DNA of 64,000 nucleotides from Eukaryota sp. TZLM1-RC (Eukaryota; Protista; Metamonada: BaSk clade), in assembly GCA_040285825.1 (NCBI GenBank), contig JAUPSS010000002.1, positions 3,472,001 to 3,536,000 on the forward strand, given 5' to 3'. Within the stretch, counting starts at the first letter, position 1. Every line of letters begins with the position of its first letter. The notes below the pieces were generated by a model. The model saw only the letters and a program-made list of their open reading frames with translations. It was not told where the DNA came from and did no database searches. Shown in pieces: positions 51,690 to 63,800 of the stretch. A program made the translations under genes and the position numbers.

Positions 51690-53200
51690 TAATAAAGAAA
51701 ACAATCTTTCCTATCAATAATTAACGTCAAATACTGAGCTAGCAACACTTTTGAGCCACCGGCCATGGTGTGTTTCTATCAGTTTATTGCATCAGACAAC
51801 CGTACACAAGATTCTCCAGCGGAAAGATGGGTATAAGCAATTGGGAGCTTGAAATACCAATTCTTTACAGAAGGTTTTCATCTACACTTTGGAATGAGTA
51901 AACTTTTGATCAATGAAATGCAGGTAGTAACAACTATTTCACTTGCTGAAACTTGAAAAGGAAACGATTCAACCAAAAATCAAAATTTGATAATAACAAT
52001 TCAAGACTCTGATACTTCGTACTTTTTAATGTATGTCTACTAGCTAAATGATGGTTCATCGGTGTTGTTAGCTCAAAAATCAAGACTATATCCATTCTTG
52101 AGTCATCCATGTTTTTTGAGATAAGAATTAGATCAGGTCTTAATTCAGTCACAACCAAAGGAGAATTTACATAATGATTTGTGTAATAAGGTAAATCGCA
52201 TTGAACATCATTATGATTTAGGAAAGGATGTAAGTGGTTAACAAAACTATTTAAAATTGAATTATGCCTCCACTTAGGGCTATTGTGTATTTCAGGGAAG
52301 TAAGAACTTGGACAACTGCATAAAAAGTGACACAACATAGCAGGTGGGTGATTGACGTAATGAGCACACTAGAGGCATTAGTTTTGATTCATTAGGCATT
52401 TTCCCACAAACTATCCTCCGACAAAGGTTATCAGCAGTATAGAATAAATGCAAGGAAGAGTTGATTGCAAACTTAAAGATTCCAGGAGGTAGACCAATCA
52501 ACATAAACAGCCAGTGATGATCAGCGTTCATAATTTCCGAGTTTAATATGAGTCATATTATATGAAATTGTTCATTGACGAATCTACTTTACACTTCATG
52601 AATGTGTCGATTCTTTTTTGAATTTCATTATTCTTATTTGGAAATATTTTCTTACGATTTTGGGCATTTGTCAATCGATTTTTTCTTCAACCAATGAGAG
52701 AATCTTTCTCCAGCTTTTCAATTGTATTAAATTCTGGTTTCCAAATAGATCTTTTTTGTTTCATTATTCCAATTAAATTTGTCAAGTCAAGATCAATTGT
52801 TTTTGCAAAACGTAATATTTCTGAATTTGACATTCCGTATCCCATAGGGTAAGATTAAAAAAACAAAACCACCCTTTGGGTGAATAAATATATTCCATAT
52901 TAGCGGTGCTAGTGACTCCTAGCCATGATTTCAACGTTCTACTCAATTGTGAGGTAATAGTAGTTTCAATAAATGTGATTGGTAATTCATGTACATGTGA
53001 ATACCAACGTAAAAATTGCAGAAAACATATTTCAATCATTTTTGCCATCATAGTGGGTAACGATGTTTGAAATTGGAGATGTTTTATCATATCTTCAATC
53101 ATTGACAAAACATAATTCCAAATAATCCGACGTAATAATTCGACATTACAAGGATATGTTTGGTATTGTTTACCCAACACTCTCTTTGTTTATCAGCAAA
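51690..53200 (-). mobile_element. Degenerate HERO/NeSL-type RLE non-LTR retrotransposon, distinct from families A-G
   Basis: LKSWLG thumb region, then TADNL, HFLCSC, WRHNSIL, LRPDL, FELTTP, KSTKY. Confidence 0.75.
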
Positions 53201-53239
53201 AGAAGTTTAACTTAATTGATTTTCAAGAATGATATTTCT

Positions 53240-54026
53240 TGAACATGCATACTTAATAGAATTAATTCATATCTAATGGGACGAAAATCATTGAACCAAG
53301 ATTTTCTCTGCAAAATCTTGATCTGCTTGCTGTTCAGCTAAAGCATCTCTAATTCGATTGAAAAACCGAGGTAATTTATTAATAATGGCAAATTGAATCC
53401 GAGAGCGCCATAAATATCAAATCTTTTCATTGTTTTTTTCTTGGACCATTTTTTGGAAGTCATTCAAAAAAGTTTCTGCTTCTACTGATAGTCTTCCATT
53501 TATCGAAAATAGGAAATCAATAAAAACTAATGGTTTATTTCCAGCATTAGCCTCTTCGATATATTTGTCATACTTTCTATGTTTTTCTTTGGCCTTAAAA
53601 TCAAGAGCATCAACAGGATTCTATTTTCTTCTTTGAACCATAGTGTCACTTGCAACAATACATGATACAAAGTCAACAACAGCTTCAGAGTTATCAATCT
53701 AATCACAGTTTATATCATTTCTATCATCAGAACCAAAATTACTCAATGACAGTGTTTCTCTCAACAGTGGTTTTTTGATACACAAAATTCTTGCAGTTTG
53801 TGCCATATCAAAAAAAGTGTCTCTAACAGCATCATGTAATGAAGAACGATAAGTTATCAATTTCGAACAATTCAGAGCATGGCGCAAAGTGAGCTGCGGT
53901 GAATTCGAACAAATGCATTTTTCTGTTGATATTAATTGATTAATGGGGATGTTCAAATATAATCTCATTTTTGTTACAAATGCTTCATTAGTAACACACA
54001 GTCCAAATCTTCGTGGTACAAGTGTC
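53240..54026 (-). mobile_element. Older E-like 3' copy
   Basis: ORF 53699-54028 and E-like 3' UTR. Confidence 0.85.
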
Positions 54027-55460
54027 ACTTACACATTCCAATATTTTTTACATTATATAATTCAAAAGTATCAAATTCATATTGACTAATTTCATCCAAA
54101 TTGATTTCTGTTTTTTCACTCCAACCAAGACAAAATTTATCTATTTTTGTTTGGGATAATAATTGTTTAACTTTATTAAAATCGACATCAATTAATATCA
54201 AAGTTTTTAATTTTTTTGGTATACTATAGATTTCTCCACCATTAATATGTAGTTTTTCAATATTACTATTGAACAAATCACCCACACAATTTTTTTAATA
54301 CTACCAATTTAACATTGAAAAAAATTATCAGGAATATGACAGTCACACACAGTCATCATTTTTAAATTTTTAAATTGATCAAAATTGAATGATGTTGTAT
54401 GAGTATATACGTGATTAATTAACTCAACGTGTATTGTATTTGGAGAATATGTTTTGTCTTTATAAATGACAATTGTTCCTAGTTTCATTTTATAAAAAAA
54501 TATAATCATTTTTTTATCACATATTCTACCAAATACTTCACCATTTAATCTTTTTAACAACTCCATTTTCAATTAAAAATTCATATTTACTTGAAGTTTT
54601 TTTGACTTAAATGATGGAATGCCATCATTTTTAAAACATTAAAATTATTAATATTTTTAATATCACTTATTCTGGAAAGATGGATTAATCTCATTAATAC
54701 TGCATCAGGCATTTTTTCATTTTGTAACTCGACTATCTGATTTTTAGTAATCAATGTAATTAGTTCATCTGGAATAGGAATTTTCAATTTTATAATTTGT
54801 GGTAAATTCTTTTTTTATCTTACTCTTTAATACCTCAAAAATTATTTTTTCTCTATGCTTGTAATTTAGAAGTTTGTCAAGCTTTTTTGATTTCTTGAAA
54901 AATCTAATCACTTCATTATCATTTGGAAAAACACGGTCCTGCGTAGAATAAAACATATTTGCTTCTAACACATCTTGAATTTGATGAAAATGTTTAGAGT
55001 TTGTACAATATTTGCGTAATATATCAATTGGAACTTTGTGTCTATATCTAACTAATATTGGCCAATGTTTTTTTCTTACCATTCGTCTTAACATTTTTTC
55101 ATCGTTAATGTTGAAGATAAAATAATATTCTAAAAGTCCAGATTTCTCAATATGATATTCTAAATTTGACATTCGTTTTCCCCAAAAGTAAGAGGAAAAA
55201 ACATCATCATAATCATGAATTAAGTTTTCAAATTCTTTTGGAGTGAATTCATAATTAGTATACCTTAATATCAAAAGACTAGAATGCCCTTTGTAAACAA
55301 CAAATGGATCTCGTTTGTATAATTGTATAATACTATTATTATCGAGATTGTCTTTAAAATTAATTAAAAAACATTTACACTTACCACGTTCTAAAATAGA
55401 ATTAACAATTTTTGGATCTATTTTTTCACAAACATCTCCTATTACAATAAGACGATTATA
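54027..55460 (-). other. Very AT-rich block with two tightly packed, frameshifted, intronless ORFs of unknown origin
   Basis: Gene 1 is open from ~55460 without an ATG to 54587; gene 2 runs 54566-54027; ~20-nt spacer; K/I/N-rich. Confidence 0.55.
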
Positions 55461-56563
55461 TAATATAATTATATAATTAATTATATAATATAATTACGAA
55501 TTAGTTGTTTAATTTGTTGTCAATTTTTGAATAACAAAGAGCACCAGATTTGAACAAGGACAGAAATCCTGAGATACGAACAGAGATTTGAACAATAACT
55601 TTGCCATATTGAATATTGTTAAGATGTTCCACATCTCGTTAAAATTTGAATAGATTAAATAAAAAACATAAACTTTAGTTGTTTTCAATGTCATTACTCA
55701 TTAATTCTATTGTGGAGCATAAAAGCGTCCTCCACATATGATCGACTGTCCAAATTTCGCCTGATCTGAAGCCAACATATCTTACTGACTAGTGACACCA
55801 AACATTGTGCCAAGATTGTAGACGACGTGACGCAAAAAAGACATCTTGCTCAAAACCTCCTTCAGCAAAAGATGGTGAAGACAAGAGGGACGCATCGTGA
55901 ACATCAGGAAGGTCGGATGAAGTTTTTGCACCAAGAATCTGGGTAAAAGAAGACATTGAAAAAACAAGAATGAGATGGGAATAGAATGGGAAATGCAGAT
56001 GAAATGGTTTTCACAGACTGAATATCAATGCCTGGTTAGAAAACACAGTATATTAGAATGTTCATTTCCTAATAATGCTTATGATGAGGTTGAATATTCA
56101 AAAGGACGCTTTCATGCCAAGTGAGACTTTTGTCACAAGCAGTTTGACTACATTCATGGTAAATCGGATGACCACTTAAATGGTGAATGTTGTGTAAATG
56201 TTAAACTCTGCTCCAATTTACATAAACTGTCGGATGTTTCCTGCTTAAAGAAGTGTTGTGTCACAGTGAGCTTTGTAATTTACAAATTGAACTCACTACT
56301 TCGTTGTCCCAAAAGCATTACATCTAGTATTTGGCGTGTTGGTGGAAATAAATGTTTATAATAATAATTTTTCAATGATTCTATTTATAGTGAACAATAA
56401 GGAAACTCATGTCATAAATTCACAGGCTGAACAACACACCTCTATGTAGTTTTTATTACACAGTGGCACCAAGATGGAAAAATCCCAAACGCTGACCCTA
56501 ACAGACCACCACTATTGAAATTCACCCCTTTTCACAATCAAAATTTGAAAAACAAAAGTTTAT

Positions 56564-57523
56564 TTACACTACTTTTTGAGCACGTTCCATTATTTTGTCA
56601 CACACTTGATTAAAATCGCTACAAACTTGATTAGCAGCATCACATAACTCTGCCATATTATTCCGAATTTGGCCTTGAATTAACAAAACTCGACGTTCTT
56701 GGTCAATAAAAGCCTTTAACTTTCCATCCATAATCATAACCATAAGTCTATTTTCTACCATTTGTTCATCCAAGCCCATTCTTCGAGCAATCAACTCTAT
56801 TTCAATACATGAATAAGGTTTGACTAATGCAATCAAATTAGATTCAAGCAAATAATCAGAAAGCTTGGAAAACTGACTCAGCAAAACTTCATCTGTTTCG
56901 TCAGAAAAATAAGTACGTCTGGCTTCCTCAAATAAAGCCAATGATTGTTTTTCCTGCGCTTTACTCATTTTCTGAAGACCTTCAACCTTTGGTCCTCCAT
57001 ATCTCATCATATTTCTATCAGAGAGAATTGAAGGTACATCTTGTGGACGGAACGATGTCAACTTGGAGACGATCATATAGTAGAACAGGGACGTTGAGGT
57101 TTCCATTTCATTCAGACCGTCCATGGAGGTGAACGCTTCGAGGAAGTAGGAGAAGGCCGTGTTGGCATCCCCTTCCTCTAAATGGAGGATACCAGACTGC
57201 ATGTCCAGATTAGCTGCCTGTTTCGGAGGACAGTATATGGCATTGGCAGCTGCACGGGCACCAGTAAGTGAGGCTTTTGCTTTGGAGTAGTTTTTCAGTT
57301 CTGTGTAGACTTTGGCCTCCAATAAAAGAACATCTATTTGCATGCTCTTATCGTCCATTTTGCGAACCTCAGACGCCATTTTTCCAAGGAGTTCAAGAGC
57401 ATCCTTAAATTTGCGCTGATCTATCAGTTCAGATGCGAGACGGAGTTCGATTTTGCGACGAAGAAAGGATCGAGTTTCAGAAGCCACTTCCTGACGAAGT
57501 TGTTCAATATAAGTGTTATCCAT
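56564..57523 (-). CDS. RPN6: 26S proteasome lid subunit Rpn6 (PSMD11-like), N-terminally short
   Basis: RSFLR..KMDDK..ARAAANAIYCPP..LDMQSGILH..TAFSYFLEAF; PCI domain (PYS..I..MIMDGKL..IDQ). Confidence 0.93.
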   Translation of the reverse strand: MDNTYIEQLRQEVASETRSFLRRKIELRLASELIDQRKFKDALELLGKMASEVRKMDDKSMQIDVLLLEAKVYTELKNYSKAKASLTGARAAANAIYCPPKQAANLDMQSGILHLEEGDANTAFSYFLEAFTSMDGLNEMETSTSLFYYMIVSKLTSFRPQDVPSILSDRNMMRYGGPKVEGLQKMSKAQEKQSLALFEEARRTYFSDETDEVLLSQFSKLSDYLLESNLIALVKPYSCIEIELIARRMGLDEQMVENRLMVMIMDGKLKAFIDQERRVLLIQGQIRNNMAELCDAANQVCSDFNQVCDKIMERAQKVV

Positions 57524-57580
57524 TTCTGTAAGTGAAGAATCAAAGATTTGCTGAACAAAAGATGGTCAAATACTGGAACA

Positions 57581-60456
57581 GTATCTTGAAACATAGTTGT
57601 CCTTTTTGCAAAAAGTTCCTCTCTAATTCTTCTAATGGTCGCCCTCTATTGTTTTGTTATGACTGTCAAACAAGTGATTCTCTTCGTACACCTGTTAAAA
57701 TTCCTGTAGAGGTGAGTCCTGCCAGTTCTGTTCCTTTGTCAATGGAAATGCGTTCTTTTTCTTCGCAATTGAAATTAAACAAATGGAACATAACAAGATT
57801 TTGGAAATTTTTTGCCAAAAAAAATAAGAAGAAAATTAATTACAAACCAAAACAGGGAAAAGCTAATTCATCTTTTCAGGCAAGAAAATTGTTTTTGAGA
57901 GGTAGATATGGAAGCGGATTAAAAATATTTTTTCGGGAAAACTGGCTGATACCAATCTCGAAACTGTTGAAAAATTGAAATCCCTCCATCCAACTGAACA
58001 TTTTTGCCCCAGTAAGCCTTTTATTTGTCAATATTGGCTCGAAAATCCATTTCAGGCTCAAGAAGTATTGAATGCCGTTGCTAAATTACCAAAAGGAAAA
58101 GCTGCTGGTCCTTCAGGCATTTCCTTTGATTTGTTAAAAACTGCCTGTAAAAATGCTCCTGAAATTGTTGAGGATCTTGCTTCCTATTTTCAAAATTTAA
58201 TGTGTTTAAATTATGTTCCTCCGCCTGAATTGACTGCTGCCCGTTTAGTTGCTTTAGTTAAACCTGGTAAAGGTGACAAACCTGATGGAGTTAGACCAAT
58301 TGCCATTGGAGAGTCATTAACCAGATTGCTCTCTTCGCTTATTTTTAACAGAATTTCTTCTAAAGCAAGGGACTATTTGAAGCCTTTCCAATTTGGTATA
58401 AAAACTGTTGAAGGTGCTTCTGTTGCTTCAATGACTTCAGATGTTTTTTTCAATAGTCAACATCATCAATATATTTTCAATTTGGATTTCAAAAATGCTT
58501 TCAATTCTGTGAAACGTGATTGTATTTTTGATGTGCTTCTTCATGATTTTCCTGAACTTTCTGCATATTTTTATTTATTTTATGGAAAAAAATCAGACTT
58601 AGTTTATGACTCCTTTACCCTTGAATCTTCTTCTGGTGTGAAACAAGGTGATCCTCTTGGCCCTTTGCTGTTTTGTTTGGCTATTCATAATATTATTAAA
58701 ATGACACAACAAGATTTCCCTGATTTGCGTATTGTTGCCTATATGGATGACATTTCTATTATTGGCTCTTTTGAAAGCATTTCTAGGGTTTCTGAAGACA
58801 TTGCGGCGAAATACAAAGAAATTGGTTTAGCTTTGAACCCATCTAAATGTCTCTTGATTGGTAGAGAAAAACAATATTTGATGATTGGTGGAGCTCAGAT
58901 TCCTTTTATCAATTATGACCAACAAGCTTTTAAGTTTCTTGGATGTTGGCTTGGCAATTTGGATGAAATTTATTCCCAGTTAAACAATTTATTGGAGAAG
59001 TTTGACAAGGATCTTAGTTTTATTGCTGAATGTGACATTGAGAAACACATCAAATTTTTATTTTAAAAATTTGTTATTCTGGAAAATTCACTCATATTTT
59101 AAGGTCAACTCCCCTTCGGTATCTCTCAATTTTTGCAGATCTTTTAACAAACTTCGAGTCAAATTTTTTTCTTCTTTATTAGAAGTAAATGAATCTTTAA
59201 TTCGAAGTCATGTATTTTGTTCAGCAGATTTGGGTGGAATTGGATTCACCAAATCTTCGATTCTGTGTAAAGCAGCATTTTTGGGAGGTGGTAAAAATTT
59301 TGTTTTTGAATTTTTCCAAAGGTTCCCTTTTGATGTTCATCTGATCAATGGTGAATCAAATTTTTACTTGAATCAACTGCAATTTGAATTAGAAAATATG
59401 CCCAGTGATATCTGGATTCAGTGTTTTCCTCAAAATGTTCAAGAAATTCCCACTCGATCACTTCCAAATTTACGTTTTTGCTTGAAAAGCTTCAGCACCA
59501 TCTGGTTAAATTATATGAAGGCTTGGATTATGAAGTAAGACTTGGCTTGGCCAAAACTAAAAATCCCGCTTTCGGTAATTTTTTTAAAGGATATTCGTGA
59601 TAGTTCAGCTGCTGCTTTAGTAACTCAAGTTCCCTCTGTTTATGGACTTTTGTTAAAAAGACAATGAATGGCTTCTAAACATGCGTTTTCGTTGTTTTCT
59701 GTGGCCAAACAATTTGCCCAATCATTTAACTTGTAAATGTGGTAAACCTCTTTTGTTTACTCATCTTTTGAACTGTAAACATTTCATTACGTTTAGAAGC
59801 AAAGTGCATAATAACGTCAGGGACCAAATTTATGTAATGTGCAAATCATATCGTGTAGATTCCTTTTTAGAACCGCTGTTATCAAAACTAATTCTTGATG
59901 ATCCCAATATTGATAGTACGCGTTACAACAGAGCTTCTATGGGTCTGACTAGAGGTGATTTAGTTGTTCCTGGTTTAAATGGTAGTTTTACTATTTTTGG
60001 ACGCCATGTCTATTGACCCTTGTAATTCCTCTTACGAACATTTCATTAACTCGGATGTAAATAATCCTCTTCTTGCAGGCGAAAAATATAAAATTGCTAA
60101 ATATGCGAAACCCATTTCCTCGGTTAATGAAAATTCTCATGCCCAATATAATTTATGTCCATTTGTTTTTTTCTTTGCTTGGATCTCTAGGTAAGGCTGC
60201 TATGGCTTTCCTTGAGGATTTTGTTGTAGTTGTAAAGGAAAGAACTGGAAGAATTTTCAATCGTGTTTACTGGCAAAACAGGATTGTATTTTCTATTTTT
60301 AAGGGAATGGTAACACTAATTTCTGATTCACTATCTTCTTTTGGGAAATTTTCTGAATCTTTAGCGATTAATTGTTTTGATGTAGGGGAGGCAGGTTTTG
60401 AGGATGTGGAGTTTTAATTGTGTATTTCATATTTGTTGTTGAATAAAAATAAACTT
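57581..60456 (+). mobile_element. Young family B copy just upstream of RPN6
   Basis: TSD AATACTGGAACA at 57569-57580 and 60457-60468. Confidence 0.93.
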
Positions 60457-60495
60457 AATACTGGAACACCAAATTGTTTTGTAAAATTCAAAAAT

Positions 60496-61475
60496 GAAAA
60501 GAATGTTTTAAATTTGAAGTACACTCTTCGAACATTACAGAAACGATTGACTGGAATGTATGAAAATGATCTTTATAATAATATATGCAGCTCGGCTGTT
60601 TTAAATCAAGATCTTCACTCATAGTTATTGGAAAAGGGTGTTTGTGAAAGGAAGTCATCAGATTCTTCCCTTTTTGTAACCATTGTACCACGAAGATTTG
60701 GATTGTGTGCTACTAATGAAGCATTTGTAACAAAAATGAGATTATTTTTGAATATCCCCGTTAATCAATTATTATCAAAAGAAAAATGTATTTGTTCGAA
60801 TTCACCTCAACTCACTTTGCTCCATGCTCCAAATTGCTCTAAATTGATAACTTTTCGTTCTTTATTACATGATGCTGTTAGAGACACTGTTTTCAATATG
60901 GCACAAACTGCAAGAATTTCGTGTTTTAAAGAGCCCCTGCTAAAGGAAACACTTTCTCTGAATAATTTTGGTTCTGATGATAGAGGTGATGTATACTGTG
61001 ATTGGATTGTTAATTCTGAAGCTATGGTTGACTTTGTCTCATGTAATGTTGCAAATGATACTTTGGTTCACAGAAGAAAACTCAATCCTGTGACTGCTCT
61101 TGATTTTAAAGCAGAAGAGAAACATAAAAAATATGATAAAGATATTGAATAGGCTAATGCCGATAGAAATACACAGCTGGTTTTTATTGCTTTCCCATTT
61201 TCGATAAATGGAAGATTATCAGATGAAGCAGAAACTTTTTTGAATGACTTCCAAAAAATGGTGCAAGAAAAGACAATGAAAAGATTTTATATATATTTAT
61301 GGCGTTCACGGATTCAATTTGCCATTATTAATAGATTACCTCGGTTTTTCAATCGAATAAGAGAAGCTTTAGCTAGACAGCAAGCAGATCAAGATTTTGT
61401 AGAGGAAATCTTGGTTCAATGATAGTCGTCCCATTAGTTATGAGTTAATTTAATTAAGTGTGCAAATTCAATAAA
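60496..61475 (+). mobile_element. 5'-truncated family E copy
   Basis: ORFs 60628 and 61240; E 3' UTR; in-frame stops. Confidence 0.88.
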
Positions 61476-61524
61476 TTATTAAAATTTGTTCAAAATTCAA
61501 TAAAGTTTAACCACACCCAATAAA

Positions 61525-61790
61525 AATCAATATCCTCACTATGTACATTACTAAACCTACTGACAGAATTTCGCTCGTAGTCAACACCACTAGCTAAAAG
61601 AGCTTTAGAGGACATTGTATCAATACACTGGAAAATTCAAAAACACAATTCTAACTAGAAGGAAGAGTTCAATTTTTTACAACATCTGATCTGTAATTCC
61701 ATTTTGAAATTTTCAAAGACATCTACTCTATTATTTAGTTTCATTTTAGTCCTGTATATTTATCAGTTGGTCCAATAATATTAATGAGAA
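61525..61790 (-). pseudogene. Old D-like 3' relic
   Basis: Manual translation gives TMSSKALLASGVDYERNSVSRFSN..EDIDF. Confidence 0.7.
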
Positions 61791-61792
61791 CT

Positions 61793-62455
61793 TTACAAAT
61801 CATCTTTATCAAACTCACTACTAACTACTGACTCTACAAACTTATAGAATTCTTTGGTTTTTGGCAATCCCTTCATCTCAATCCTTTCCCCACCAGCTAC
61901 TGCAAAAGCTCCCTTACTACCGCCACATACGGTCAGATCACATAAATAAAACTTATTTCTTCTAAAACGAAGTGACAACGACTTCAAAATTGGAGGAATC
62001 TTATCAGAAACCAAAACAACACTGCCCTCAGGAAGTTGTTGGTTGGATTCTTCCATACGATGTATAAACTTCTCGGGAAGGTACTTGGTAGCAAACGATG
62101 CCATTGCCTTCCCTGTTCGTTCACCATTGAAATCTGCCACACGTTTATTCTTAGAGCCATAAAACAGTTTGAATGCAGGAACTCCTTGGATCTGGTACTC
62201 TCCACATAGAGGGTTTGCACTTTGGTCTTGACAGTTGACCTCTGCAACTTGAATGATGTTTTGTAAAGCAGAGGCCATTTCAGTATAAATTCCAGCTATA
62301 TTGCGACAGTGTGGACATCCAGGACTAAAGAACTTGACAAAGACTGGAATAGGAGACTTACTCACAAAGTCGTGGAAGTTCTTCTGGTTCAAGGAAACGA
62401 CTGAACACTGTGTGAGTGTGAGCACAAGTAACAAAGAGATGAGAAGTTTGAACAT
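61793..62455 (-). CDS. ER protein disulfide isomerase family protein (one catalytic thioredoxin domain)
   Basis: Signal peptide, CPHC active site, GVPAFK cis-Pro loop, C-terminal KDDL. Confidence 0.9.
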   Translation of the reverse strand: MFKLLISLLLVLTLTQCSVVSLNQKNFHDFVSKSPIPVFVKFFSPGCPHCRNIAGIYTEMASALQNIIQVAEVNCQDQSANPLCGEYQIQGVPAFKLFYGSKNKRVADFNGERTGKAMASFATKYLPEKFIHRMEESNQQLPEGSVVLVSDKIPPILKSLSLRFRRNKFYLCDLTVCGGSKGAFAVAGGERIEMKGLPKTKEFYKFVESVVSSEFDKDDL

Positions 62456-62596
62456 AGTTTATGGCAGGGATGACTAAAATGATAAATACTTTACCTTACT
62501 TTACCTTACCTTGCTTTTTCAATAAAGTGATGACTTCTGTGCACTTCTGACAATAGTCTAGGACAACTTCAAACATGTTACTACTTTATCTCACTT

Positions 62597-63075
62597 GGGT
62601 CTGACAAGAGGTGATCTAGTTGTTCCCGGTTTAAATGGTAGTTTTACTATTAGACGCCATGTCTATTGACCCTTGTATTTCCTCTATTGAACATCTCATT
62701 AACTCGGATGTAAAAAATCCTCTTCTTGCTGGTGAAAAATACAAAATTGCTAAATATGCGAAACCCATTTCCTCGATTAATGAAAATCGTCATGCCCAAT
62801 ATAATTTATATCCCTTTGTTTTTTCTTTGCTTGGATCTCTAGGCTGCTATGGCTTTCCTTGAGGATTTTGATGTAGTTGTAAAGGAAAGAACTGGAAGAA
62901 TTTTCAATCGTGTTTACTGGCAAAACAGGATTGTATTTTCTATTTTTAAGGGAATGGTAAAACTAATTTCTGATTCACTCTCTTTTGGGAAATTTTCTGA
63001 ATCTTTAGCAATTATTTGTTTTGATGTAGGGGAGGCAGGTTTTCAGGATGTGGAGTTTCAATTGTGTTTTTTATG
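62597..63075 (+). mobile_element. Older family B 3' copy
   Basis: ORFs 62635 and 62849. Confidence 0.85.
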
Positions 63076-63449
63076 ATTTTTATTCCTTATTAGATATATA
63101 AAAAAAGTAAGTGCAAAAAAAAGAAGATATTCATAATAATTGACTCCTTTTTGACACTTTTACCCAAGGTGAACGAAATTTATCACTCCCGTTGAACGAA
63201 ATAAATCTGAAACACCGAAAAGATGCAAAGAACTTGCAAGATGAATACTTCTTCAATGGTAAGACAGAACGTTGGAATGAAATTTGAAAAAAAAATCTGA
63301 TTCTGAAATGAGAAAAGAATCAAAAAGTGATTTGTGTACACCAGGTGAATTAATGAGTATATTATTGAAAAGGACAAGTTTAGAATGAAAAAATGAACGT
63401 GTTCACCCAAGTTACATATAGATTCAAATAACAGGAAAAAGCAAAAAAT

Positions 63450-63800
63450 CAAGCAAAAGAAAACGAGAAATTAGAGAAAGCAAAGAAATCAAGAGAAGAC
63501 CTGGTCAAATATATAAGTAGTAATGAAACAAGACGTCTAGCAATTGCAGAATTAGTAGAAGCACTAGAAAGTACAACCAACAAGAGGATAAGAAAACGAA
63601 TTTCAAAGCTCTTGGAAAAGGATGAATTGGGCAACTATAAAGTTCGACAAGTAGTTCCATGGGGTTATATGCAGTGTAATCAATGCAAAACGTGCTGAAA
63701 TAGAGAAACTAATTCTACTCTAAATATTCTGATGTTGGCTGAAGAGATTCTGGATGGAAGAGAGAGATTAGAGGTGTTCAAGAAACAACAGTCTCATACC
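63450..63800 (+). pseudogene. Fanzor/TnpB-like C-terminal remnant
   Basis: Manual translation: PWGYMQCNQCKTC*NRETNSTLNILMLAEEILDGRERLEVF. Confidence 0.55.

Noticed and set aside
51768-51802. Hammerhead ribozyme (CTGATG..GAAAC on the minus strand)
   Set aside because: The core reads CUGAUGC here and CUAAUGG in the other copy, and there is no convincing stem II.
55500-56450. Gene-like stretch (also 43700-44600)
   Set aside because: Multiple stops and no recognisable motif; cannot be assigned.
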